A DNA stretch of 61,545 bases, filler included, from Rhabdomonas costata (taxonomy: Eukaryota): NCBI GenBank assembly GCA_019059605.1. It is 21 parts of 21 records of this genome, joined end to end, with 100 filler letters (N's around TTAATTAATTAA, not from the genome) between each part and the next. Parts side by side here need not be neighbours in the genome. Positions count along the whole stretch, not along the records: positions 1 to 2,838 come from JAHMHO010001930.1; positions 2,939 to 5,776 come from JAHMHO010001931.1; positions 5,877 to 8,713 come from JAHMHO010001932.1; positions 8,814 to 11,649 come from JAHMHO010001933.1; positions 11,750 to 14,594 come from JAHMHO010001934.1; 16 more parts are not named here. One strand, given 5' to 3'. Both the position numbers and the translations under genes were made by a program. The notes below the pieces were generated by a model. The model worked only from the letters and a program-made list of their open reading frames with translations. It was not told the origin of the DNA and did not search any database. Shown piece after piece: positions 1 through 12,103 of this stretch. Within the stretch, counting starts at the first letter, position 1, and each line of letters opens with the position of its first letter.

Positions 1-1965
1 TTTTTTGTGTTGTCACAGATTCGCCAGATTTCAGCCCGCTCGATCCTTTAAGTGAAAGCAGCCCGATCTCTTTCATGAAAGTGCCATTGTGGTTGCGATT
101 TGGGCATTGGCAGAAGCTGCGGAGTTGGGTAAGATTTTCAATCATTGGAGGCTGCACCCAGCTCGACAATTTCAGTGCGACGGACATTGGCTCTTTGGTA
201 ACGCCAATGACACTCTCATACTTCTTCCACGTTGCCAGGGGGATCCGTTCACCTGACCATATTGTTTGCACGCACTGGTGTAGAGCCAAGAACTCTTGGT
301 TAGCACCATCGTCACACCCCAGGAAGAAATCCCTCATCACAGGGGTAGCCATAATTGTGTGCACCAGTGCAGTGAACCCTCCTTCAATGGACGGATGAAG
401 GTGTTGGGGCGTGGCCCAATTTGGTGCTCCTACAGCAGGTCTTCGTCTTTCCTGTGGTTTTGGCACAGGCAACGTGAGCCTCGCCCGGGTGCGTAGAAGC
501 GTCTCCATCAAATCCACTTCCGACGAGCTGAAAATCCAACCTTCACCATCGTCTTCTTCCGGAGACTGAATCTTGGAGTTGAAGACGGTCTCAAAGTAAG
601 GGCGCAAGTCGTTGCGGTTCTGCAGAACAGCCTTTTCCATTCGATGAATGGCACTCGGCAGGCAACTCACAAAGCGGTATGCATTCTGCGCTGGGGGCTC
701 GAGGGAAACAAATTGACTGCACAGTGCTCGCGCCAGATTTAAGCGGTAAGTATGAAAGACCACATTTCCCGGATTGCCGTCTTTTCTCAAACACAGCCTT
801 GAGCTGGAAACAATGCGGTCCCACAGTCGCACTGGATTCAACTTGCTGTGGTTGTTCTTAGTTGGCAGAGCAAGGGTCATTGGATCCCATGATACTGTTC
901 CCTGCGGCCACACCACGCTGAGAAAAGGTATTGCATCTCGATTGTGCTTGCACACACTGCATACTGCGACTTGAAGGACGTTTTCTTGGATCCAGAACCT
1001 TGTTGAAGCGAATCTCCCTGACATGGCCTGTAAAGGAAGTTGCCACCCAGGAAAGAAAGGTCGGGGATTCTGAAGCTGACTTTGACTTGAACGAAGGAAT
1101 TTACCTTCGAAAAAGTCGGACAAGGGGAGGCAATCATGCTCTCCACATACCAGGAGGGACCTACACACGGCACACAGTGTGTCGTAAGGGCGGGACGCTT
1201 CTTCCACAAACTGCTCGGCGGTGATGGGGTTTGGCTCGTGTAGGAAACCGTCACATGGACCAGGAAAATCCATAGGAAGGGATGGAAACGAGGTTTTCCA
1301 CATTTGTCTCAGTGCCGGTGGTAACAGAACCCAGTGGTCCAGTGTATTCTGGTCTTGTAGCTGTTGGCAAAACTTCTGTGGCCATTGAAGCTTCCGCTGC
1401 TGCTCAGCTGTGAGATGATAGTCGGAGTAGTAGTGAAGGGCAAGACATGGAGCGCATAACGAGGCGTCCTCGTGTCTAACCTGAGGGGAAATGTTGGAAA
1501 ATTATGGAAAGGCAATGAAACACATTGTGTGTGACAAAGAAGGAAGATAAACACGATGTGGTAGCAAACCAATTTTCGGTTGAAGCACGTTCCGCGCATG
1601 ATCAGACTCCTGCGCTCTTTCACAGGTAACCCTTCCAGGAACCCTGGATGTTCTGCGACATCAGATGCCGCCACCAAAGATATGCAGGTTCGAGCGCAGC
1701 CCGCGCAGCATGATGGAAAGTTAGTTCGAGTACCCTGATCGGTAGCGTCTTGTTCAGGAGTCGGCTTTCCCACTTGCCCACCTCTAGTCTTGGAACGCCG
1801 TTTCGCAGTCGCGCTGACATTGTTCGTGGAAGGAGCAGATGAAAGTTGTGATCCAGTGAGAGAAGCATTTACGTCATGCTCAGTGAGGAGTGCTTCACCT
1901 GTAGTACTCAACGTACTCCAGGGCACTGAAATAGCATCTTCTTCATGGTCGCTGTCCGTGTACAT
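1..1965 (-). CDS. Large Cys-rich hypothetical protein, 3'-truncated (exons 1965-1570 and 1480-1; GT-AG intron 1569-1481); possibly from a mobile element
   Basis: Manual translation of 1480->1 is stop-free for ~493 codons and runs off the contig, so the ORF track misses it. It joins in frame to the MYTDSD...FNRKL exon through an 89-nt GTTTGC...CCTCAG intron. Contains paired CxxC motifs (CAGC/CAPC, CAVC/CSVC). Confidence 0.7.
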
Positions 1966-2838
1966 TGGAAAACAGTGATAATATGAAGAGAAGGCAAACT
2001 GCACATCACGGAGAAAATGATCACGACAGTTTTTAAATAGGAGCCATCGGCAGCCGAGACATTGATGTATGTGGTTGTTTCCAAATGATATTGAAACTGG
2101 ATAAGAGAAGCGGCGGTGCTTTTCGCAACTTTTTTTGTGGTAGTCAACAACAATGCATGCTAATCCATTATCCAGCCGTTCTTAAACTACAATCGAGAGA
2201 CAGCTTTTGAATGTATTCTGTCAATCTTCACTTACTCTGAAGAAAATGGAACGGCCTGAAACTGAAAAAGTGTCGGCTTACAAAAAAGGTACCCCAGAAT
2301 TTGTAAAGCCAGCAGTTCCAGATTCGAAACTTTATTGCTAAAAAATCGAATTGCATGGTTCCATCCACTCCAAGGACTCCATCTTTTTCCTCTCCGAAGT
2401 AAATGAGGCCTAGCCGCACCTCACCAACAGCAGCACAAAAGCAGTGGGCTGGCAATAAGTTCCCTGATTGATTGGTTGAGCTGTGAATGTGAGCGAGAAG
2501 CTCGAGCAAGTGCAACAGCAGATGAATGTCTGTTTAACTCGAACCTCCACCCAAGGACCACCAGAGGGACAGACCAATAATAACAGAGGGGAAACAATAT
2601 CGCTGCAATTGATGAGGAATTGGAGCATGAGCAAATTCTGGAGGGATGGATGTTTTGCTAAGAACCTCCGCGTGCACACACACACACAGAAACGGGCGTT
2701 CAGAGAATAACGGTGAAGGTGGCTGCGATCTCGCAAAAGCTCAGCACAACCACAAATAGAAGAAAAAGATGGCGAATGATGCTGAAAGGTACTTTGCGGT
2801 GTGCCCTCTGCAGGTCCCCTGAGAGCCTACCACCAAAA

Positions 2839-2938
2839 NNNNNNNNNNNNNNNNNNNNNNNNNNNNNNNNNNNNNNNNNNNNTTAATTAATTAANNNNNN
2901 NNNNNNNNNNNNNNNNNNNNNNNNNNNNNNNNNNNNNN
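2839..2938. other. Artificial contig linker (N-run + TTAATTAATTAA + N-run); first of 20, spaced about every 2.93 kb
   Basis: Same 100-nt spacer with stops in all six frames recurs at ~5777, 8714, 11650 ... 58610. Confidence 0.98.
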
Positions 2939-5900
2939 GGTTGTTGGGAACAGTTGGGCTCATATTGCGCCGTTTGCCCCGGCCTTCCGGCACCTTCGTT
3001 TGCCCCAAACCGCACCGAACCAACTGGTCCCATCGGTTTTTCGCGTCATTTCGCCAAACTGTACCCGACAGCACAAGGACCCAAGAATTACCGATATTAC
3101 CTTCCAGCGCCAGACTTGGTGGGTGCATCGGGGCTTTCCCCCCGAGCCGCTCAGCCGGAAAAGCGGGCGAAACCCTTACCTCGTCCACTTTTGAAGCAAC
3201 GTTTTCGTGCGAGAGCGTTGGCTTTCATAAAATATTTAAAATTGGACCAATGGAAATCGGGATCCAATCGAATTTGTAACCTTCACTCCACCAAATTTTT
3301 TTGATAGTTTCTTAACCTTGAGTGCCGTTTTTCTTCTAGTTTTGTTCTTCTAATTTCTTTTGTTTTCATTTCTTAATGTCTTAAGATTGGAATCGAATCG
3401 GATCATCGGATCGGAGATCTAAATCATCAATCAAAGACAAAAAACCAAAAAAAAATTGCCGGTTACCGATCACACGATTTGCGATTGAAGTTCAAATGGT
3501 GAATTGCAATCGGCATTTGTAGTACATGCCAAAGTTCGTGCTGAACATTTGATATGGATGGAATTAACACAGCCGACAGCACCATGTCAATCATGAACAT
3601 ATATCAAGAGCTCGTGACAGATTCCTACATCTTTGTAGTGTTTATAATGCTCAATCACTGAGTGTGCATTCTTTTGGTCAGACACTTTGAGCAACGTGGG
3701 CAACAAGCGGCTGAAAAGTGGTACAAAAACTCCGCGTGGTGGCAAAGGTGTTACTGCGCTTAAGAAAATGAAAGGCGGCCAACGTGGAGTTGCAGCGGTT
3801 GAATGCATTTTATTACGGAAAACAGAGTGTTTTTATCATACACAATTTCTATATGATAAATCCCATGGTTTTATAACCACGTTAAAGCGCAAACGTGATT
3901 CTTTGTGCCGTATTTTGTTGGCTATGGTACTGGGTACTGGTGGTCTCCAACTAACATTAGTAAGTATCGCAAACATTAGCAGCATAAATATTTACGCGCA
4001 CTTTATGAAATCTTTTGCGACACAAAAGTGAGACGTTTTCATACTAGCCACTTACAAAATGAAATGATTACTTGGGCAAAATTGTCTATACTATGTCAAA
4101 CTATACCAAACCGTTGATAATAACTTCAAGGGCAAAGATTACCGAAAGCACAGTGCAAGAACTTCACCAAATAAACTATCTGATAATTGCGTTTATCAAT
4201 GGTATTTATTGTTTCATGCAGTTTTCATAAGTCATGCTCATTCTGCTCTTAATTCTTTATGGAGAAATAAAATAGAAAAACCGTAATCTCAAAAATATAG
4301 AGTCTCCATTCTGTGGTTTTGGGAGACTTTTGTATACCAATTTTATGACTTCCATGATGTGTAGACTTCACGGTCTTACCTTTAACTAAATGAAATATAA
4401 CTAATTGCGCAGACGTGGAGACACCAATGGCAACCAAATTATCAGCAAATTACTCGATTTAGAATACTTGATAGTGTAAAAAACAATGAGTTATAAATAA
4501 AAGTCGATTTCATTGGAGATTAAACACCACTTAACATCCGAAAGTCCCAGAGCCAACTTTTGGTGTCCATGAACAACAGCTTCAGTAAAAACACACTGGA
4601 TATGGATTTGATTACAGCATTTCTAAAATAAACAGCAAAAACAATTGCTTTACGTCCGCTTGGAACAACTTTTTACACCATCCATAAAGTTTACTCTTTA
4701 AATGTAGACTGCAATCCCTTTCTGTACTAACATATTGTTGCGTAGATTTCATTATTCACTCAAAACACGGATTGTCATCATCATCAAAAGTGTGTTAGTT
4801 TGTGTGTAGATAAAACTGCATTGTGCAAGAAACGTACAGTAGCAAAATCTTGCTACAATTGCATAGAAAACAACTTATAAAATCAAATTTCTACTGAACA
4901 ATTTTATACACCGTAATTTGTTGAAAAGTTACCATCACATTCTTCTATGGGCTTTGAAGTCACACAATTTCATTTTTCTTGTAAATTATCAGATAAAGAT
5001 ATTACAGACAAAAATGCCAACAAATAAATTGCGTCACTCTACAGCCTCATTGTTTTTCCTATGATAAGTAATATGAGTGTAATATTGGTTTTGTTATCTC
5101 ACAAACCTATATACTTTGTTCTTAAAATTGTGTGAAAAACCACACAGTGTCATGGCAAAATGGTTTTCCTAATTAAAAACAAGTTGCTTCAGCTGAAGGA
5201 AGCGAATGGTAGCCTAGTAGCGCCATCAACGACAAATGTTTCATAGCAACGGAATGGAACTGCAGTGACTGGAGTGGCAATGGAAGTACCTTTCACATCT
5301 ACAGAGAGTTTACCAAGAGCATACCCAATCAATAAACCCCATTTGAAGCAGCATTAATGTCTGAATAAAAGGCGTTAGCTAGAAGAAGCACCAGCAGAAG
5401 TTTGCGGTGACATATGGTTAGGTGCCATGCCGCAAGCAAATTCCAAGCCACAAACCACACAGTCACAGTCGTTTGAGGAGACATCCGCAAGTAGGGTGCC
5501 ACAACCACCACAACACACTCACTTACGTTTATGGAAGCGCTTAGGCTGCTGTGGCTAAAAACGACTCTGCATTAATCTTTGTAGGGAACTCCTCTTTGCG
5601 CTCTCTTCTCAGAAACACCTTAGTCTGGAAATACATCGCCCTATGTGGATGTGCTTTCAAACCCTTCAACCATATGAAAGGCCTCTCAACCTTGTACTTT
5701 GTCTGTGAAGGAAGATGGTACTGATCTGGAATGATCGGTAGTCTTCCTGACAATATATCCCTGGAACCAACCAACCNNNNNNNNNNNNNNNNNNNNNNNN
5801 NNNNNNNNNNNNNNNNNNNNTTAATTAATTAANNNNNNNNNNNNNNNNNNNNNNNNNNNNNNNNNNNNNNNNNNNNGTGGTTTTTGCTGCCAGAAGAAGA

Positions 5901-6571
5901 TTTCAGTCAACAGCTGTCAACAGCTGTTAAATGTACACTGTGTTTGTTCGCCCAGGTTTCCATGGCATCCGTTATCCGTTAACACGTGCGGGTTTAGCCC
6001 AAGTCCCGCGGGTGCGGGTGGGAATCGGGGGGACACTCTCAATATGTGCACTTTGTGTATGAACCCTCTGCATCAACGCGTTCGAGAAGTTACCTGTTTC
6101 TCTGTGACATTTCGTGGGGAGCTGGCAAAGGCTATACGGCGTTGCACTTAGTAGCGGAAACCATACGCATCAGTGTCAAGTGGTGGTCGCCGCGACAACG
6201 GGGGCGACGGCAAGCTCTGCTTGGGGTCGGTTGGGTGGGATGCGCGAAAAGTAAGGTTATTCGTGGGTGGGCTTTCCTGGGGCAATCGTGAACCGTGAAA
6301 CGTATTCTGCGTTCTTTTTATCCTGTGGTCCTCAGACACTTTCTCGGGGTGAAGGTAATGACCAATTCGGAAATGTGTGGTAAACGTCAGCTTCAGGAAA
6401 GGTTGGTTTTGTGCGTGATACCTAAAAGTTGCCCCTGGGGCTGCGTTGAGTTTTGTGCGGCTGTTACTTTGTTGTTTGGCCTCGGGGGCAGGACCCCATC
6501 GTGGTCTTGTCGTTGCATCCAAGTCTAGCTCTGCACCCGGATTTGCGTTTGAGGTCTTCCTATTTGTTTAG

Positions 6572-6682
6572 GTGCTCTTCCCGCCGATGTCGCGGTACCT
6601 GATCCGGGAGGTGGAGAGCAACTTCCCCGTGAACCCCGACAAGATCACCCTGGTCTTCCTTAGCCCACAGCCCGCACCGTAG
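6572..6682 (+). CDS. Terminal exon of a putative ADP-ribosyltransferase (ART)-domain protein
   Basis: Follows acceptor TTTGTTTAG. Reads VLFPPMSRYLIREVESNFPVNPDKITLVFLSPQPAP* with strongly GC3-biased codons. VLFPP-x-S-R-Y/F resembles the strand after the ExE motif in R-S-E clade ARTs. Confidence 0.45.
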   Translation: MLFPPMSRYLIREVESNFPVNPDKITLVFLSPQPAP

Positions 6683-8813
6683 CCCCGCCTCCCGCGGGCG
6701 GTCCTGCTGCACTATTTCTGCTCCATTCACCCGCTGTACATTATCTGGTGTCCCTTTATTAAGTTAGCTTTCCAACACCCGTCGGTGCCACCTGGACGCC
6801 TGGAGTTGGGCTTTGTTTCTTTTTGGAAGGCCCTTTTGGGCAAGCTAAGGGTAGAGTGCGGCAGGGGCGAATCATGACTCCTCTGTGTTTTGCGTGCGTG
6901 CGTGGTGTCATGTTTTTAGTGCTGACGCACTTCGGGAGCGCAAATGCCTGCAAAAGTTCTTGGTTTTCAGTGAGCCAAAGTTCTAGGTTTTAGACAAGCA
7001 TGTTGGAGACCAACAAACATAGAGAAAGGCCAGGTGGAAAGCAAAGGCTCGGGCTGGCACTGCACCAGAGAAAGCTGGACAAAGGAAGGCGACTTGGAGA
7101 GACGCAGAAAACGGAGGAACAAAAAAACGTGGAGGAAGAGGCACAAAACGAAAATAATAAATAGGGTAGAAAGCCAGATGCGATGTCTGTGGGTTTGGCG
7201 TCATGCGTTAATGTAGCGCTGAGCTGTGGGATTAGAACCTCGGCGGGTAAACGGCACAAGGGTTGACCAGAGAAACAATACCAACGCTTATGTTATAAAC
7301 CATGTTTCTTCGTAGTAAAACCAACACTGGAACACCGATGATGAAGCTAAAGCAAAAAAAATACCATTCCTATTTCTTAATCACACCAAAAGGGTTTTCC
7401 ACAGGAACATAGAGCACTCCACTGACGGAGCTCGGCGCGGAGCTCTATGAAGACCGACCATCGGGCGCAACGGGCGCTTCGATGCGTGCCGTGGACGGCA
7501 TCAAGGGGCAACTCCCATATCGGAACCAGGCCGGTTCCCGACATGAACCTCGGAACGCCCGGGTGATTTCAGATGTCTCAAATCTGTCCTCGGAACTTTC
7601 GGTTCCTTCCCACCCACCGCTGCGTGGCAATGACGTGCTCTCACCTTTCTTTTTCTTTCTATTCTTCTCCTTTTTTTTTTGCCTCAGATTACCCTCATTC
7701 GACGGCATTGCATTTTTTGTGCAATTTCAACAGTCCCAAACCCAAACCCGAACTGGAATCGCGAATCTCTCTTACCATTTCTCAAATATGGCTGAGAAGC
7801 GGGGTGCGTCCCGTGGCTGGGCCCTTGCGATTTGCGATGGTTGTGCTGCTGCTCGATCCTGGGCTCGTTGCTGCTTGGGGACTGTCTTCCACCCCGCACT
7901 GTGGGACGCAGGACGAGGGCCTCGCTGTCGAGCATCATCTCCAGCCACGTATGGGTTTGGGAGCGGTGGGGTTCAGCGGCATAAAGGAGGCACACCTCCT
8001 TTTGATTTGTTTTCATGCCCCTCTTCACGACAAATTGCTTTGTAAAAAAGCTGTAAAAAGGAAACAGGGTAAGCAGAAGTGGTGAAATTGCCGGACAGTG
8101 CATGTGAACAAAATCAGAGGATTGGGAACCAAAGACCAAACAAAAAGCACCTGTTTGCTTCCTGTCGTGAAGGGGAGGAGAAAGATCGCCGCGTTAGAGG
8201 AAATGGGGAGAAAGGGAATATGTTTGAGGATGAGAATGTGGGGGAATGTGGGGGATTCGTTTGTCCGGCTTTCCGAGCGGGAGTATAGAAGTAGTGAGAG
8301 TGAAGGTCCTTTCTCGTTTAACAGGAAACCCGCACCCTCAAGGAGGTTAGCGGCGTAATATATGCAGAACGTGAGCAAAGCATGCATCGGGGCGTGGGCC
8401 TTAAAAGGGACTAATATGGATTCCAGATTAATAGCTGGACTTAGAGATGTAGCCAGAGACTCGGAAGCTGCCAGCAAACTCAACAGGCTACTCTAGCTCA
8501 AGTTATAATACCAGTGCCAGGTTCTCCGGTCCGGATATGCAATCCATTCGATATTCTTATTCCCACTCCCCTTGCACATACTCCAGGTCATCACTGCTTC
8601 CGCTTTCTTTCTTACGTACTTTCCGGTTAACCCAGTCGGCATGCCCGCACAGACGGAGTGCACAACAGTAGCGGCGACACACAGCGGCGGGCTCCTCCGG
8701 TCGGCACCAAACCNNNNNNNNNNNNNNNNNNNNNNNNNNNNNNNNNNNNNNNNNNNNTTAATTAATTAANNNNNNNNNNNNNNNNNNNNNNNNNNNNNNN
8801 NNNNNNNNNNNNN

Positions 8814-9190
8814 GGTGTGGTGGACTGATTCAAGAACACGGGAAGGAGTGCTGGAAGCCGTGGAATACTGGCTGCTGAGGTTGCACACGCATTTGAGAAC
8901 TCCAAGGGTGGAAAGGCGGGCGACCACCGGGGGGCGCCCGTCCTCAATCCATTATCGGGAGATCACGGCTGTGCAGCTGCTCGTGGCCTGCGCGTGGGAC
9001 CTCAAGCACACGACCTCTTGGAGGCGAAGGCTGGGATTGGTGTTCTGCGGCAGACAAAGGGGTTGGGTTGCACTGGGGGGCACATCTCCCCACAGCCCGC
9101 TATCGGGACAACTTTTTCGTTGTAGCGTCGGAGGAGAACTGCTGCTGAACGGGGATGGCGGCGGATTTGAGCGGGCAGGTACCGTTGAGC
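8814..9190 (+). pseudogene. Degenerate DIRS-type retrotransposon RNase HI domain
   Basis: WWTDS...SIHYREITAV...LVFC...GGTSPHSPL and a frameshifted AADLS follow the order of the DIRS1 RNase H motifs (TDAS / HINxLELxAV / LIxTDN / GGTxS / ADxLSR). Confidence 0.5.
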
Positions 9191-10690
9191 GGCGCTACGC
9201 CTGGAGCTATGGCTGCACTGGAGGGCTGGGCTGCCTTACGGCCTCCATCCGCCCGGCTGCGCGTTTTCTGCGGCAGCGTGACTCGTTGGTTTTGTGCCTT
9301 CGGTTGTGACCTTCTTCGGCAAGGGGCGCCGAAGGCCTGCCTGCCCAGAGAAATGCGCGCGGTGCTGCAGCATGGGCAGGGCAGGACTGTGAGTAGTAGA
9401 AGCTCCCGCCTTGAGGCGGTGACCGTGAGGAGCAGCAAGACGTTGCAAGGGGTGACCTCGGCGTATGGTACAGTTCTTGTGTGGACTGGCGACAGAAACG
9501 GACGTGATGCTAAGTTACACTACAGTGAGACATGTTTAACTAATGATGTACCCTTTGTTCTTTCTTCTCGCCTGCTTGAGTGAGACGAAAGAGCAAACAC
9601 CGCAGAAAAAGAAGAGAACTTTGACAGGTGCACAACATGCAAAGAGTGAAAAACACTATCCTACCCCACACCGCACCACACCATACCACACAACACTTAT
9701 TACATACAAGGAACAAACAAAAGATCAGTGGTGGCATACCGGCGTGCAGGTGGTCTTTTTCTAACCAAAACCCAAGCCCAAGGTTGTGTAAAGGCAAAAA
9801 AAAAAGGGGGGGGGGCTAAAAGCAACCCGAAATGCCTTTAGGGTGGGGGGAAACACAAGCATTCCGGCCTACTCTGGTGCCAGCATGAAGTACTCTCAGC
9901 CTCTACCCTTAGGTATATACAAAGCAGGCCCGGCCGAAAGCTCAGGGGGCGGAAAGCTTAGGCTCCGTATGCGGCCTGAAAAGGTCCGAAAAGAGCACCA
10001 TGGCCCATGAAAATTTTCGAAGTCAAAAATACCCTTAAAAAAGGCCAAAATGGGGACCTTGAAGGGCCCGGCCCATATCACAGGAGTACTACCATCAGCG
10101 GCCAACCAACCATCTCAGGAATACTACCATCTACCATACGACCAAATATGAACCCGAACCCGTCTAGCTCGAGTTCTGAGGTCAATGTTAGGTCTCCGCT
10201 CCGGTCCGGTCCGGTCCGGGATTAACCATGGCGCAAGTCATCCAGCGAATGGGGTGATATTATGGGGATAAGAGAAAGAACTGTACATCCCGCTTGTGGT
10301 GCAGTTCCCAAAAGGCGAAACCAAACCAGTCATGCGTCTTTTCCATGCAGCAGCCTTCCAAAAGGCTTGCGGTGCAGAGAAGGCTCTTGGCAACTCTCTC
10401 ATCATCAATGGGACAACGAAATTACCAGCACTGTGGTAAGCCCTGGTGCGAGGAGCCACTCGCACCGCAGCCGAAACTGAAGACATTCGGCAGTGCGAGT
10501 GGACTGAGGGTAAATGATTCTGGTGGGAGGGAAGAAAAGCGAAAGCCAGCTCAAGGTAGCGTGGCGGCTTGTGAGCAGAGCAGCATGTAGTTTATCACAT
10601 GCGAAAAGGGATGATGAAGGGGAGAGTAAGGCCTGGAAACAAATGACAGCTGGCAGGGGCAGCCAAGAGCGAAACAGCACACAGACACAC

Positions 10691-11542
10691 TGAGGCTGTT
10701 CCCAAACTCGCCGAGCATGATCCGGAGGTACCGGTAGAACCGCTGCTGCCCACTCACTTGGAACATCCCGCGCTCCTGGCCCCGGCAGAGGGTGGTGTTG
10801 TTGTGCCGGTAGTCCACCACGCGCCACGTCACACGGTCGTTGGAGCCGTGCAGGGCCCAGAACCGCGCGTAGCACCTGTGCAGATGGACAGAAGGGGAGG
10901 GGGATTTTTGATCGCTGTATGTGTGTGTGTTGGCGAAATATGCAACGGACGACCCAATAATTCGATTCAAAAATGCAAAATAATGCAAAAAAAAATGCAT
11001 TCCAAAAATGCATTGCCTCGGACCATTTTTATACAGCGGAGCAGAACAAAGCCAAATATTCACAGACGTCAGCTTCACCTCAGCCCTTGCGTCCGCGCCA
11101 GCGGTTGTGCCGCTACAATGTACTTCAAACCAGAAGGCCTCTGGGGACCGAAAACTCGGGTTCTTGACCACCAAAAAACCAAAAACCAAAATGCACGACG
11201 CTCGCAGCCTGGCAACGGTCAGGAGGGTCAGAGAAAAAGGTTAAGGTCGCAGTGACTAAGGACCGGGGATGCGGCACCCAGCATTCAAAAAAGACCCGGG
11301 GTCTGCTCTGGCGTCGCGCTCTTTTTTTCTTGATTTTTTCTCACGCTCAAGCAAGCCTCAAGCTCCGCAAGGATCCGCCAACCCATTCAAGCACGAGCAC
11401 CCCACTGAACCACGTACTTGGTGAAGCTGCCGTGGGCCATGGAATATGCCATCGGCTGGACCCGATACTCACACAGATCGAGGGTGATGCAGGACTGTGG
11501 AGCATTCCGTGTGGAGAACAGCCCAGAGTCTCGGTTCACGAC
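10691..11542 (-). CDS. F5/8-type C (discoidin/galactose-binding-like) domain protein, partial; exons 11542-11418 and 10875-10691
   Basis: Spliced (GT-AG) sequence VVNRDSGLFSTRNAPQSCITLDLCEYRVQPMAYSMAHGSFTK/CYARFWALHGSNDRVTWRVVDYRHNNTTL...FYRYLRI matches the W-x-L-x-GS-x-D-xx-W and YRY-x-R pattern of this domain in HECTD1 and BTB proteins. Confidence 0.7.
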
Positions 11543-12103
11543 CTGAGAGGCCGGGGAGGGGTTGGGCGATTAGGCGCAGACAATAGCAGCACAGATACAG
11601 AGAGGAGAGGAGAATACGGGACCACAAAGTGCTGCCCAACAAACCACCCNNNNNNNNNNNNNNNNNNNNNNNNNNNNNNNNNNNNNNNNNNNNTTAATTA
11701 ATTAANNNNNNNNNNNNNNNNNNNNNNNNNNNNNNNNNNNNNNNNNNNNGGGGTTGGGGTACCAAGTTCTCCTGGGGTATACGAGCTCAGGAGAACTTGG
11801 TACACCCCCCAAATGCTGAAAAGGCCGCCGAAGTGCCTCCCCAGCCCCCAGGCCCTTGGAAAGGAGGATAGGTGACCGCCAGAACGAAAAGAGGGAACCC
11901 AAAATAGTCACCCAGCAGGATGCCGACTCTATGCGCCTACTCGCGGTTTCTCCCTCTGTGCATGTCGCCAATTTCCATCTAGCCCGTCGTAGTTTCGACA
12001 CATTTTCACGAACAAAAACATGACCCATCAGCGCAGTTCCCAAGATGTTATAGGGGGCGGGTTGGGGGGTTGTGCTCTCTCTCTCTGTCTCTCTGCGTTT
12101 CAG

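Noticed and set aside
2883-2894. TTAATTAATTAA recurring every ~2.93 kb as a possible regular repeat or CRISPR-like array
   Set aside because: It is always embedded in N-runs of fixed length; it is an artificial six-frame-stop linker.
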